Shown here: in pieces, positions 1-8,239 of the stretch
Layout: each line of letters starts with the position of its first letter
Position numbering within the stretch: position 1 is the first letter of the stretch
Origin: Hyphomicrobiales bacterium
GTDB taxonomy: Bacteria; Pseudomonadota; Alphaproteobacteria; Rhizobiales; JAJFHB01
Length of the DNA: 64,000 nt
Direction: 5' to 3'
Assembly (NCBI GenBank): GCA_021775755.1
Contig: JAJFHE010000036.1
Location: 52,198-116,197, forward strand
The notes under the pieces: model-generated
Databases searched by the model: none
What the model was told of the DNA's origin: nothing
The model's input: the letters and a program-made list of their open reading frames with translations, nothing else
Translations under genes and position numbers: made by a program

Positions 1-116
1 AATATCGTATCGGTGAGATTGAAAAATACAAATGCCACGAACGACAACACAAACAGCAATGCGATAAACTTCGGCTTGTGAACCAGTTTGTCTTCAACGA
101 CCGTGTCAGCGTACAT
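1..116 (-). CDS. Probable amino-acid ABC transporter permease, N-terminal part (runs off the window edge)
   Basis: Minus strand reads ATG at 116 -> MYADTVVEDKLVHKPKFIALLFVLSFVAFVFFNLTDTI..., a hydrophobic segment with GGGGAG upstream; directly downstream of the substrate-binding protein gene. Confidence 0.5.
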   Translation of the reverse strand, partial: MYADTVVEDKLVHKPKFIALLFVLSFVAFVFFNLTDTI

Positions 117-195
117 CCCCATCTCCCCGCCAAATCACAGGCCAACCGCCAGCACTGCTGGACGGTTGGCCCTGATTCAGATCGTTTTCAGACCC

Positions 196-1041
196 TTAGT
201 TGGTCGCGCTGCTCGTGCTTGAGTAGTCGACGCCGTACCACTTGACGGACAGAGCGGTTAGCGTGCCGTCTGCGTGCATAGCCCCAACGATTTCCGCGAT
301 CTTGTCATCGAGTTCCTGATCGCCCTTGTCGATGGCGACAGCAAGCGGCTCGAAGAATGCCGGCTCGCCGATGAGACGAAGAGGGTAGCCGTTATTGATT
401 GCTTCGCGCAGGGTCGGAATGGAATCGATGACCGCATGCAGGCGCACACCATCGCCCAGGCGCAGATCAGCCAGCGCCCCCGAGGTATCCTCATAGGACC
501 TGATCTCGCCGGCCGTCACGTCATACTCAAACGGCGGCGCACCTTCGGCATCGATGGTCAGATCTTTCTGCAGATAGAACTCGAAGGTGCATGCGGTGCA
601 GGCACCGATGGTCTTGCCGTTAAGATCGGCCTTGGACTGCGCCGTGCTGTCGGCATGCACCGCAAAGCCGGCCGGCGTGAAATAGTAGATCGCCGGGAAT
701 GAAAGTACGGTTGCGCGCTCAGCCGTCGGCGTCATCGAACCAACCGAAGCGTCCCAGCGGCCGTTCCAGCGCCCGGCGGTAATAACCGTCCAGTCCGGCG
801 TTACGAATTCCACCTCAACGCCGAGGCGCTTGGCAAGTTCGCGCGCGACGTCGATGTCGAACCCGTCCATTTCGTTATTATCGTTCAAGAACGACTGCGG
901 CGCCCAATTAGCATCCGTTGCGACTTTGAGCACTTTGTCGCTCATAATACGGTCGAGCGCTTCGCCCGCCTGCGCCACGACCGGGGTTACCGCTAACGCG
1001 GCGGTTGCCGCCAACAGCATCAATCTTCTTGTTAGTTTCAT
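196..1041 (-). CDS. Polar amino-acid ABC transporter substrate-binding protein (SBP family 3)
   Basis: Signal peptide MKLTRRLMLLAATAALAVTPVVAQA; family motifs GFDIDVARELAKRLG, WDASVGSMTPTAER, GTLTALSVKWYG; SD AAGGAGG before ATG 1041, so the ORF-track upstream extension is not used. Confidence 0.92.
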   Translation of the reverse strand: MKLTRRLMLLAATAALAVTPVVAQAGEALDRIMSDKVLKVATDANWAPQSFLNDNNEMDGFDIDVARELAKRLGVEVEFVTPDWTVITAGRWNGRWDASVGSMTPTAERATVLSFPAIYYFTPAGFAVHADSTAQSKADLNGKTIGACTACTFEFYLQKDLTIDAEGAPPFEYDVTAGEIRSYEDTSGALADLRLGDGVRLHAVIDSIPTLREAINNGYPLRLIGEPAFFEPLAVAIDKGDQELDDKIAEIVGAMHADGTLTALSVKWYGVDYSSTSSATN

Positions 1042-1624
1042 TACTTCCTCCTTGTTGACTGGGAGCTTTTCTCCCGTCTTATTGTTGTCCGATCCTTGAG
1101 GGAAACGGATCTGAACCGAAACTCCCGCACATATGCACTCCCATGGCAATCATAAACTATGCGGCGTACGGCTATTTGATAGTTCCCTACGGCAAACGAA
1201 ACGCCCGATCGGGGCGATGATCCCGCCTTCCGCCGTCAGAGAGTTGCGTCTATCCGTGCCGGATGCCACGCTTTTGGCTGGATAATCCGCCCTGCATTCC
1301 CGTCATTTTACCGATTGCCCCGCCATTTTAACGAAACCCGGCAGCCCGCGATAAATGGTGGCCCGCCGCGACCGTGCGAGCAGCCGGATGGCGGGGCAGC
1401 GGGAGCGGGGCGAAGAGGTGTTGACGGTACGCACCGGGTGGGTGGTACCTTGACGCAAACTGCAGCGTGAGAGACACGCGTCACCTCACCCTTACACGGA
1501 AATCAAAACCCGGTTCCCATAGCATCATCAAAGCCACCCACTCGGAGATTGCCTGTCGCGGGCACGGTCGCGCACAGTAAGCGATGATCGAGAACCATTT
1601 CGAAGCACGAAGGAAACCGATCCA

Positions 1625-2917
1625 ATGAGCGACAAGAAGACGATAGCGTTTTTCCCGGAGGCAGCGTTTGGGCCTGCCCTTAACTCGGTGGGCATCGGGC
1701 AGGCATGCGAGGCACTCGGGCACAAGGCCGTGTTCCTCACAGACCCCGGTATGGGCGGCGTCTATTCCGGATATGGCTTCGACGAACACGTTGTCAACAT
1801 GTCGGAACCCATGCCGGCAGAAGAAATGGCGAAGTACTGGTCCGATTTCATAAACGGGCACATTCCGAATTTCGCCAAGAGCCCCTACGAACAGATCGAC
1901 AACTATGTGAAGGAGTGCTGGGAGGCCATCGTCGACACGTCGAAATGGGCTGAGAAAGACCTGCCCGGCGTGCTCGCCAGGGTGAAGCCGGATCTCATCT
2001 GCGTCGACAACGTCATCTTGTTCCCGGCCATCAAGAGGTATGCGGCGGAAAACAACGTACCCTGGATCCGTATTATTTCCTGCTCGGAAAACGAAATCGA
2101 GGATCCCGATATCCCGCCGCATCTTTCCGGCTGCGGTGAGAGCGATCATGCGTGTTTCGAAAAATTCCGCTCGCGATTCCACGAAGTCGTCAAACCTATT
2201 CACGACGACTTCAATGCGTTCCTGACGGAGTGCGGAGAGGCTCCTTACCCGCTCGGCGAGTTCTTCGAAACATCGCCTTTCATGAACCTCCTGCTCTATC
2301 CAGAGCCGGTCAAATTCACCCGCCGCAATCGCCTCGATCCGGCACGGTTTCAGTATCTTGAGGGGTGCGTACGCCAGGACGAACCTTACGAAATCCCGAC
2401 TTTCAAGGCGAACAACGACAAACCTGTTATCTATGTCAGCTACGGCTCGCTCGGATCAGGCGATGTGGATCTCCTGAAACGCGTTATCGACGCGCTTGCC
2501 GACAAACCGGTCCGTGTTCTGGCCAATGTCGGCGACTACCAGGACCAGTACGAAACGGTTCCCGACAACTGCCATATCGAGCCGTGGTATCCGCAACCCT
2601 CCGTCATCGAGCAGGTCGATGCCGTAATCCATCACGGCGGCAACAACTCGTTCACCGAATGCCTCTATTTCGGTAAGCCGGCAATCATCATGCCGTATGT
2701 CTGGGACGGGCACGACAACGCAACGCGGGTGCAGGAGACCGGCCATGGCTTCAAGCTGCACCGGTATAACTGGAGCGATGACGAGCTCAACGCAAAGGTG
2801 GATGCAATGCTGAACGATAACGCCATGAAGACAAAACTTGAGGCAACGTCGGCGCATATGCACGGCGAGCATGGCCCGACAAAAGCGGCCGGCATTCTCA
2901 ACGGTCTGCTCGGTTAG
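1625..2917 (+). CDS. UDP-glycosyltransferase-like protein (GT1/GT-B fold)
   Basis: C-terminal donor-binding box WYPQPSVIEQVDAVIHHGGNNSFTECLYFGKPAIIMP; N-terminal LGHKAVF motif. Confidence 0.85.
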   Translation: MSDKKTIAFFPEAAFGPALNSVGIGQACEALGHKAVFLTDPGMGGVYSGYGFDEHVVNMSEPMPAEEMAKYWSDFINGHIPNFAKSPYEQIDNYVKECWEAIVDTSKWAEKDLPGVLARVKPDLICVDNVILFPAIKRYAAENNVPWIRIISCSENEIEDPDIPPHLSGCGESDHACFEKFRSRFHEVVKPIHDDFNAFLTECGEAPYPLGEFFETSPFMNLLLYPEPVKFTRRNRLDPARFQYLEGCVRQDEPYEIPTFKANNDKPVIYVSYGSLGSGDVDLLKRVIDALADKPVRVLANVGDYQDQYETVPDNCHIEPWYPQPSVIEQVDAVIHHGGNNSFTECLYFGKPAIIMPYVWDGHDNATRVQETGHGFKLHRYNWSDDELNAKVDAMLNDNAMKTKLEATSAHMHGEHGPTKAAGILNGLLG

Positions 2918-3062
2918 GCCCGCTCGCGCGGGGTGGCCTTTCGGACCGATCAACCGGCACTCAACGATTGCTGGATGATTTCTCCGGAAGGGTACGTGCC
3001 GCGTGCATGTGACCGTCGGCGAAGCCTCGATGATCCGCCATTCCCCGAAAGGACGTAACACG

Positions 3063-4592
3063 GTGAGCGCATTCGACCCGTTCAAGGCCCAGATCTTCCG
3101 CGCCAACCGGTACGAAGTTCCGGCAGACGCGCCAGGCCACGACATTTCCAATCCCGCAACGCTCGATATCATCGGCCGCATTGTCGACACGCCGGCCGAC
3201 ATCGCCGAGACGGTTGCTTGCGAGGCACATGAGGCGCAGCGCGCCTGGCGCGACCTGGACGCCAAGAGCCGCGCCGCGGCGATGCACGCGGTCGCCGACA
3301 GCATAGAAAAATCCTCGTTTCATGATGTCGCGAAACTGATGACGCTCGAAATGGGCAAACCCTATCCGGAGGCGGAAGGCGAACTCTACAATGTCGCTCC
3401 GGCATTCCGGTACTTTGCGGAAATCGCGCGCGACGACGCTGGCCACATCGCGGGCACAACGCAGAAAGGCTCCTTCCAGTATTCGCGCTATGAGCCCTTG
3501 GGCGTTTCCGTTCACATCCTGCCGTTCAACTTTCCGATCCTCCTCGGGTCGTGGACCGTTGCCGCCTCGCTTGCGGCGGGAAACACCTGCATCGTGAAAC
3601 CGGCACCGGCGACCACATTGTGTACGCTCAAGTTCATGGAGCACTTCGCGGAGATCCTGCCGCCAGGAGCCGTCAGTTGCCTGCCGGGCGGCGTCGAAAC
3701 GGCGCAGACCCTGATTGCATCCGAGCACACCCACACGGTCGCATTCACCGGAAGCGTTGCCGCGGGACGGGCCGTGGCGGTTGCCTGCGCGGAGCGGTTC
3801 AAGCCGGCCATAATCGAGGCCGGCGGCAACGACCCGATGATCATTTCCAAGCACGCGCCCCTCGATGTCGCGGTGCCGGGCACGATCTGCTCAGCCTTCC
3901 ACCTGTCGGGGCAGATCTGCACGTCGTCGGAACGCCTGTTCGTGCACGAGGCGGTGCATGATGAATTCGTCGAGCGTTTCGTTGCGGAGGCGCGGGCGCT
4001 TCGGGTCGGCGGCGGGCTGGAGAAAGCAGAAATCGGACCCCTGGTCAGCGAAGCCGCCCGCGACAAGGTCATCCGTCTCGTCGATGGGGCGGTTGCGCAA
4101 GGCGCGAAGATCGCCTGCGGCGGCAAGGTTCCGCATGACCGCAATACCGGCTGGTTCTACGAACCGACAGTGCTCACCGGCGTTACGCCGGACATGGAGA
4201 TTATGAATACGGAGATCTTTGGTCCGGTTGCACCGGTCTGCAAGGTGGCGAGCTTCGATGAAGCGTTGCGGCTCGCCAACGCGTCGGACTTCGGCCTTGG
4301 TGCCTGCGTCTTCACGACCAATATGAGCGAGGCACAAAGGGCGGCGGAAACCCTCGAAGCGGGCATGGTGTGGGTCAACAACCCGCTTATCGACAACGAC
4401 GCATTGTCGTTCGGCGGCTGGAAAATGTCCGGCATGGGCCGCGAGCTCGGTCACCGCGGGCTTGATGCCTTCCGCCAGACCAAAATGGTGATCATCGATC
4501 ATGATCCGCAAGTGCAAAGCTGGTGGTACCCCTACCCCGACACGGTCTTCTATGGCGGCTCCGATACGCAAGCCTCGGCCCGCGACACCTGA
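3063..4592 (+). CDS. NAD(P)-dependent aldehyde dehydrogenase
   Basis: PFNFP, VKPA, FTGS, EAGGNDP, catalytic GQICTS, EIFGPV; probable GTG start at 3063 with AAAGGA SD. Confidence 0.93.
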   Translation: MSAFDPFKAQIFRANRYEVPADAPGHDISNPATLDIIGRIVDTPADIAETVACEAHEAQRAWRDLDAKSRAAAMHAVADSIEKSSFHDVAKLMTLEMGKPYPEAEGELYNVAPAFRYFAEIARDDAGHIAGTTQKGSFQYSRYEPLGVSVHILPFNFPILLGSWTVAASLAAGNTCIVKPAPATTLCTLKFMEHFAEILPPGAVSCLPGGVETAQTLIASEHTHTVAFTGSVAAGRAVAVACAERFKPAIIEAGGNDPMIISKHAPLDVAVPGTICSAFHLSGQICTSSERLFVHEAVHDEFVERFVAEARALRVGGGLEKAEIGPLVSEAARDKVIRLVDGAVAQGAKIACGGKVPHDRNTGWFYEPTVLTGVTPDMEIMNTEIFGPVAPVCKVASFDEALRLANASDFGLGACVFTTNMSEAQRAAETLEAGMVWVNNPLIDNDALSFGGWKMSGMGRELGHRGLDAFRQTKMVIIDHDPQVQSWWYPYPDTVFYGGSDTQASARDT

Positions 4593-4661
4593 CGCATCAT
4601 CACTGCTGGTTCCCGGCCACCGCACGCGATAGTGTCGGCAGACCCGGCGGAGGCGGGTGCG

Positions 4662-5561
4662 ATGACCTACGGCGTGCGCGAGACAGCGAAACGGATGGGC
4701 GGCGATGATGCCACCTATGCCGGCATCGTCAGTGCCGTCGTGGCGGCGTTCTTTTTCGTCGGTCAAGATGCCGGCGTCAAATGGCTCACCGCCGAACTTG
4801 TGGTGCTGGAGATCTTGTTTCTGCGCAGCGTGTTCGGGATTGGCTATTGCCTGCTCTACTTCGGCTGGCAGCGCTCGTTCGCGGATCTGTGGGTGGCGCA
4901 GCCCTGGCTCATGATGATCCGCTGCTTCATCAACTTCCTGGCCTGGTGCTGTTTCTTCACGGCGCTCAAATACAAGCCGCTGGCCGATGTGCTGGCGCTT
5001 TTCTTCCTGTTTCCACTGCTGATTACCGCGCTGTCGGTGCCGCTGCTCGGTGAGCGTGTCGGCATCAGGCGATGGCTGGCGGTGCTTGCCGGTTTTGCCG
5101 GCGTGCTGGTTATGCTGAACCCCACCAACGGCATAGACTGGTACTCGTTGCTCGTCATCGGTGCGGCATTGTCATGGTCGGTCGTTGCGATCATGACGCG
5201 CAAGCTTGCGCAAACGGAAACGCCGATGGCGACACTGTTCTACACGCTCTCGACATTCGTGGCGCTCGGGTTTGCGCCGCAGTTCCTTATCTGGGAAACG
5301 CCTTCGGGCGAGACATGGGGTTTGCTGGCGGTAATCTCGCTTCTCGGTGTCCTGGCGCAGTTTTTCATCATCAAAGCCTACAGTATGGCCGCTCCCTCGA
5401 CGGTCGCGCCTTTCGAATACACCGCGCTCATTTGGGCGGTGTTCGTGGGCTACGCGTTGTGGGGCGATATCCCGGGCATTGAGGCAGCGATCGGCGGTAC
5501 GATCATCGTGTTGAGCGGGCTCTATATCATCCACCGTGAAGCCCGGCGTCGGGTCCCGTAG
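4662..5561 (+). CDS. DMT/EamA family transporter
   Basis: About ten hydrophobic segments, LLGERVGIRRW and APFEYTAL motifs; GGAGG before ATG 4662. Confidence 0.9.
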   Translation: MTYGVRETAKRMGGDDATYAGIVSAVVAAFFFVGQDAGVKWLTAELVVLEILFLRSVFGIGYCLLYFGWQRSFADLWVAQPWLMMIRCFINFLAWCCFFTALKYKPLADVLALFFLFPLLITALSVPLLGERVGIRRWLAVLAGFAGVLVMLNPTNGIDWYSLLVIGAALSWSVVAIMTRKLAQTETPMATLFYTLSTFVALGFAPQFLIWETPSGETWGLLAVISLLGVLAQFFIIKAYSMAAPSTVAPFEYTALIWAVFVGYALWGDIPGIEAAIGGTIIVLSGLYIIHREARRRVP

Positions 5562-6474
5562 CGTCGCTTCTGCTGCGCGCACGGTATTGAGCGGGCGACA
5601 GGCCGAACGCATCGGTAAACGCCCGCGTAAAGTAGCTGCGGCTGGCATATCCGACATCGCGCGCGATGGCCTTGACCGAGGCGTCATTGCTCGCCAGCAG
5701 GCGCGCGGCGCGGCGTAGTCTCACCTCGCGCAACATGTCGATCGGCCCGCGGCTAAACGCCTTTGAAAAGTGATCGGCAAAGGCCGATCGGCTCATGTTC
5801 GCGGTTTCGGCGAGGGTATCGAGCGTGTGATGGGTCTGCGGGTCGGAAAATATGCATGTCGCCGCCGCCCATAATCTTGGATCTTCCGCCGCCGCGAACC
5901 ACGCAACAGCATTTTCGCCGCTGGCAATATGTTTGCGCAGAAGTATCACGAGGCATTGCTGCATTAGGGCGCGCGCAATTGCGCGAGTGCCGGCCTGCGG
6001 GCTCGCCAGCTCCTCGACGAAATGCTCGAACAAATGGCGCAACTGGCGATCGTCGCGCAAATCCGCAACGATCGGCTCGTGCAGAAAATCGAGCACGCCA
6101 TCGACATCCTGAAAACTGGCTGACACCCGGCCGCAGACCGCAAGAACTCCGGTTGCACCGCTGCCGTGTCTGATCAGATCCCAGTTGCCTTCAAGCGGGC
6201 GGCAGGCCGGCAGGTCGGGCGCACCGTGCTGAACGGCCGCCAGCCGGTGCGACAAGGATGCGGGCGCCAGCACCACGTGACCCTGGCGGATCGCCAGATC
6301 GGCGCCGCCGGTCATGCGGAACAGTCCTTCGCCCGCGAGAATGAAATGTAGGGTCGCCTTGTCCTGACACCCCATGTTGAGGCGGCCATCGCCACGCACT
6401 TCGCAGACCGCGAATGGGTCCACCTCGACGGTTAGACCGTCGAGCACCTCGTCAAGTCTGCCGCGCGCACTCAT
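5527..6474 (-). CDS. AraC family regulator with N-terminal cupin domain (RclR-like architecture)
   Basis: C-terminal double HTH (TLDTLAETANMSRSAF ... VGYASRSYFTRAFTDAFGLSPAQYR); N-terminal LHFILAGEG cupin strand. Confidence 0.9.
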   Translation of the reverse strand: MSARGRLDEVLDGLTVEVDPFAVCEVRGDGRLNMGCQDKATLHFILAGEGLFRMTGGADLAIRQGHVVLAPASLSHRLAAVQHGAPDLPACRPLEGNWDLIRHGSGATGVLAVCGRVSASFQDVDGVLDFLHEPIVADLRDDRQLRHLFEHFVEELASPQAGTRAIARALMQQCLVILLRKHIASGENAVAWFAAAEDPRLWAAATCIFSDPQTHHTLDTLAETANMSRSAFADHFSKAFSRGPIDMLREVRLRRAARLLASNDASVKAIARDVGYASRSYFTRAFTDAFGLSPAQYRARSRSDATGPDAGLHGG

Positions 6475-6612
6475 TTGGCCATTGTCCGAAGCTGCGGCGT
6501 CATATGCAACGTCTTTGGACGATAGGGCACAGCTTCAAGACCATGAGGCACACGGCTCGCCCTACCCTCAAAGCTCCAAAATGCAGAAGTCCGATCAACC
6601 GGAGGAACCAAA

Positions 6613-7434
6613 ATGAGCTGCTGTGACGATCATGACCACTCAATTTCAAGACGCCGTCTCCTGAAGGCAGGCGCCGCTGGAGCCGCTATTGCCACTGTTG
6701 CGGCGGCCGCGCCATCGGCGGAAGCCGCGGAGAACCCCTATGCCGATCCGGAAAAGGCGGCGCTGCCGCAGACGGACGTTGAGGTGACGCTGGAGAACAC
6801 CGCTCTCGTCGTCACCGACCCGCAGATCGACTTTCTGAGCCCCGACGGTGTCACCTGGGGTGTGGTCGGTGACAGTGTCACGGAACACGACACGGTCGGA
6901 AATATCGGCCGCTTGCTCACCGCCGCCAAATCAGTTGGTATGACAGTGGCGATCTCGCCGCACTATTACTATCCAACCGATCATGGCTGGCGGTTCGGTG
7001 GACCGCTTGAGAAGCTCATGCATGCGATTGGCATGTTCGACCGCCAGAGCCCTCTCAGCATGGACGGTTTTGAAGGCTCGGGCGCGGACTTCATGCCGCA
7101 GTACAAGGCGATGATCGAGGACGGCTCGACCATCATCGCATCACCGCACAAGGTCTATGGACCGGAAGCCAACGACCTTAACCTGCAACTGCGCAAAGCG
7201 GGGATCGACAAGGTGATCCTTGCCGGCATGTCAGCTAATCTCTGCGTACAGGCCCATATGCACGAGTTGCTGGAGATGGGATATGAGGTCGCGGTGGTAC
7301 GCGATGCAACGGCCGCAGCGAAGCTTCCCGAAGGCGATGGCTATCTCGCCGCACTGATCAACTTCCGTTACATGGCCAATGCGCTGTGGTCGACGGACGA
7401 GGCGGTAGCCCGCATTGAAGCGTCAAAAAGCTGA
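6613..7434 (+). CDS. Isochorismatase-family cysteine hydrolase with Tat signal peptide
   Basis: SRRRLLK twin-arginine motif followed by an Ala-rich h-region; triad-bearing motifs VTDPQIDF (D), SPHKVYG (K), GMSANLCV (C); GGAGG SD. Confidence 0.88.
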   Translation: MSCCDDHDHSISRRRLLKAGAAGAAIATVAAAAPSAEAAENPYADPEKAALPQTDVEVTLENTALVVTDPQIDFLSPDGVTWGVVGDSVTEHDTVGNIGRLLTAAKSVGMTVAISPHYYYPTDHGWRFGGPLEKLMHAIGMFDRQSPLSMDGFEGSGADFMPQYKAMIEDGSTIIASPHKVYGPEANDLNLQLRKAGIDKVILAGMSANLCVQAHMHELLEMGYEVAVVRDATAAAKLPEGDGYLAALINFRYMANALWSTDEAVARIEASKS

Positions 7435-7448
7435 AGCCCGCTGAAGAC

Positions 7449-7479
7449 AAAAAAGGAGGCCACCCCGTGAGGGGTGGCC
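7449..7479 (-). terminator. Rho-independent terminator hairpin between convergent genes
   Basis: GGCCACCCC-gtga-GGGGTGGCC perfect stem with an A6 run on its left side (U-run on the minus strand). Confidence 0.8.
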
Positions 7480-7530
7480 CAAGTCTGAGGGGAGGTTTTT
7501 GCCCTGCTCCCACCGTCTCGGGGTGTGATA
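7449..7530 (-). ncRNA. Probable suhB/MmgR (alpha-r8)-like small RNA; 5' end uncertain
   Basis: Minus strand reads GGGCAAAAACCUCCCCUCAGACUUGGGCCACCCCUCACGGGGUGGCCUCCUUUUUU: an anti-SD CCUCCC, then AGACUUGG, a GC-rich stem and a U-run, matching my recollection of the suhB/MmgR core. Not checked against Rfam. Confidence 0.5.
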
Positions 7531-7620
7531 CCGGTGGAAGCTGACAAGACTGGATATAGCGCGCTCAAAGGGCGCGCACTGTGAGCGGGATCACAGTTCC
7601 CCTGATTTCAGGAAAATCTT

Positions 7621-7956
7621 TTACGGCAATGCGTCGGCCGGTGCTTCGTCACGCTCATCCGGCCCGTAATCGCGCAACACCTGAGTGACGCGCAACCGGT
7701 AGCCCGCAAAAAGCTCCGCCCTGCCTTTCGCCTGCGCGGCGCGGTGATTGGTGCGCTGGCGCCATTCGATCACCGCCTCTTCGTCACGCCAGGTCGACAG
7801 CGACAACAGCTTGCCGGGCTCAACCAGACTTTCAAAACGCTCAACGGAGATGAAACCGTCGATGCTCTCCAGATCCTCTTTGAGGCTTGCGGCGATATCG
7901 AGGTAGTGATCCCTGTGGCCTTCACCCGGCCAGACTTCGAAAATTACCGTGATCAT
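7621..7956 (-). CDS. Antibiotic biosynthesis monooxygenase (ABM) domain protein
   Basis: MITVIFEVWP ... GFISVERFESL ... LSLSTWRDEEAVIEWR ... HRAAQAKGR; GGGGGAG SD before ATG 7956. Confidence 0.9.
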   Translation of the reverse strand: MITVIFEVWPGEGHRDHYLDIAASLKEDLESIDGFISVERFESLVEPGKLLSLSTWRDEEAVIEWRQRTNHRAAQAKGRAELFAGYRLRVTQVLRDYGPDERDEAPADALP

Positions 7957-8239
7957 GCTCGCTCCCCCTGTTTCCACCATAGTTTCGGCACTGTTTTGTC
8001 ACGTTGGCGCCATGAAGCGCAATGATGCTTGCCGCACTTTTCAAATTCGAGGCCGCACCGGTTGATGCGGTCCGACGTGCAACCTGATCGCCCCCATGAT
8101 ACTGATTCCTCTATCATGCGGGCCATGACACTGCGTCAGCCTCGGCGCGCATGTCATGGACGGGAACCGCTTCGTGTGGCAGGGTATCGGTTTGCAGGTG
8201 GGCGGTTGACGTTGAAACTATGTCAATCTGGAGATACCT

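Noticed and set aside
1042-1624. Riboswitch or RNA gene in the long divergent intergenic region
   Set aside because: No recognisable aptamer, tRNA cloverleaf or terminator; it looks like an ordinary divergent promoter region.
8095-8159. Short inverted repeats upstream of A2M (CATGATA/TATCATG, CCATGACA/TGTCATGG)
   Set aside because: Only 7-8 bp arms and no second occurrence or known consensus; could be chance.
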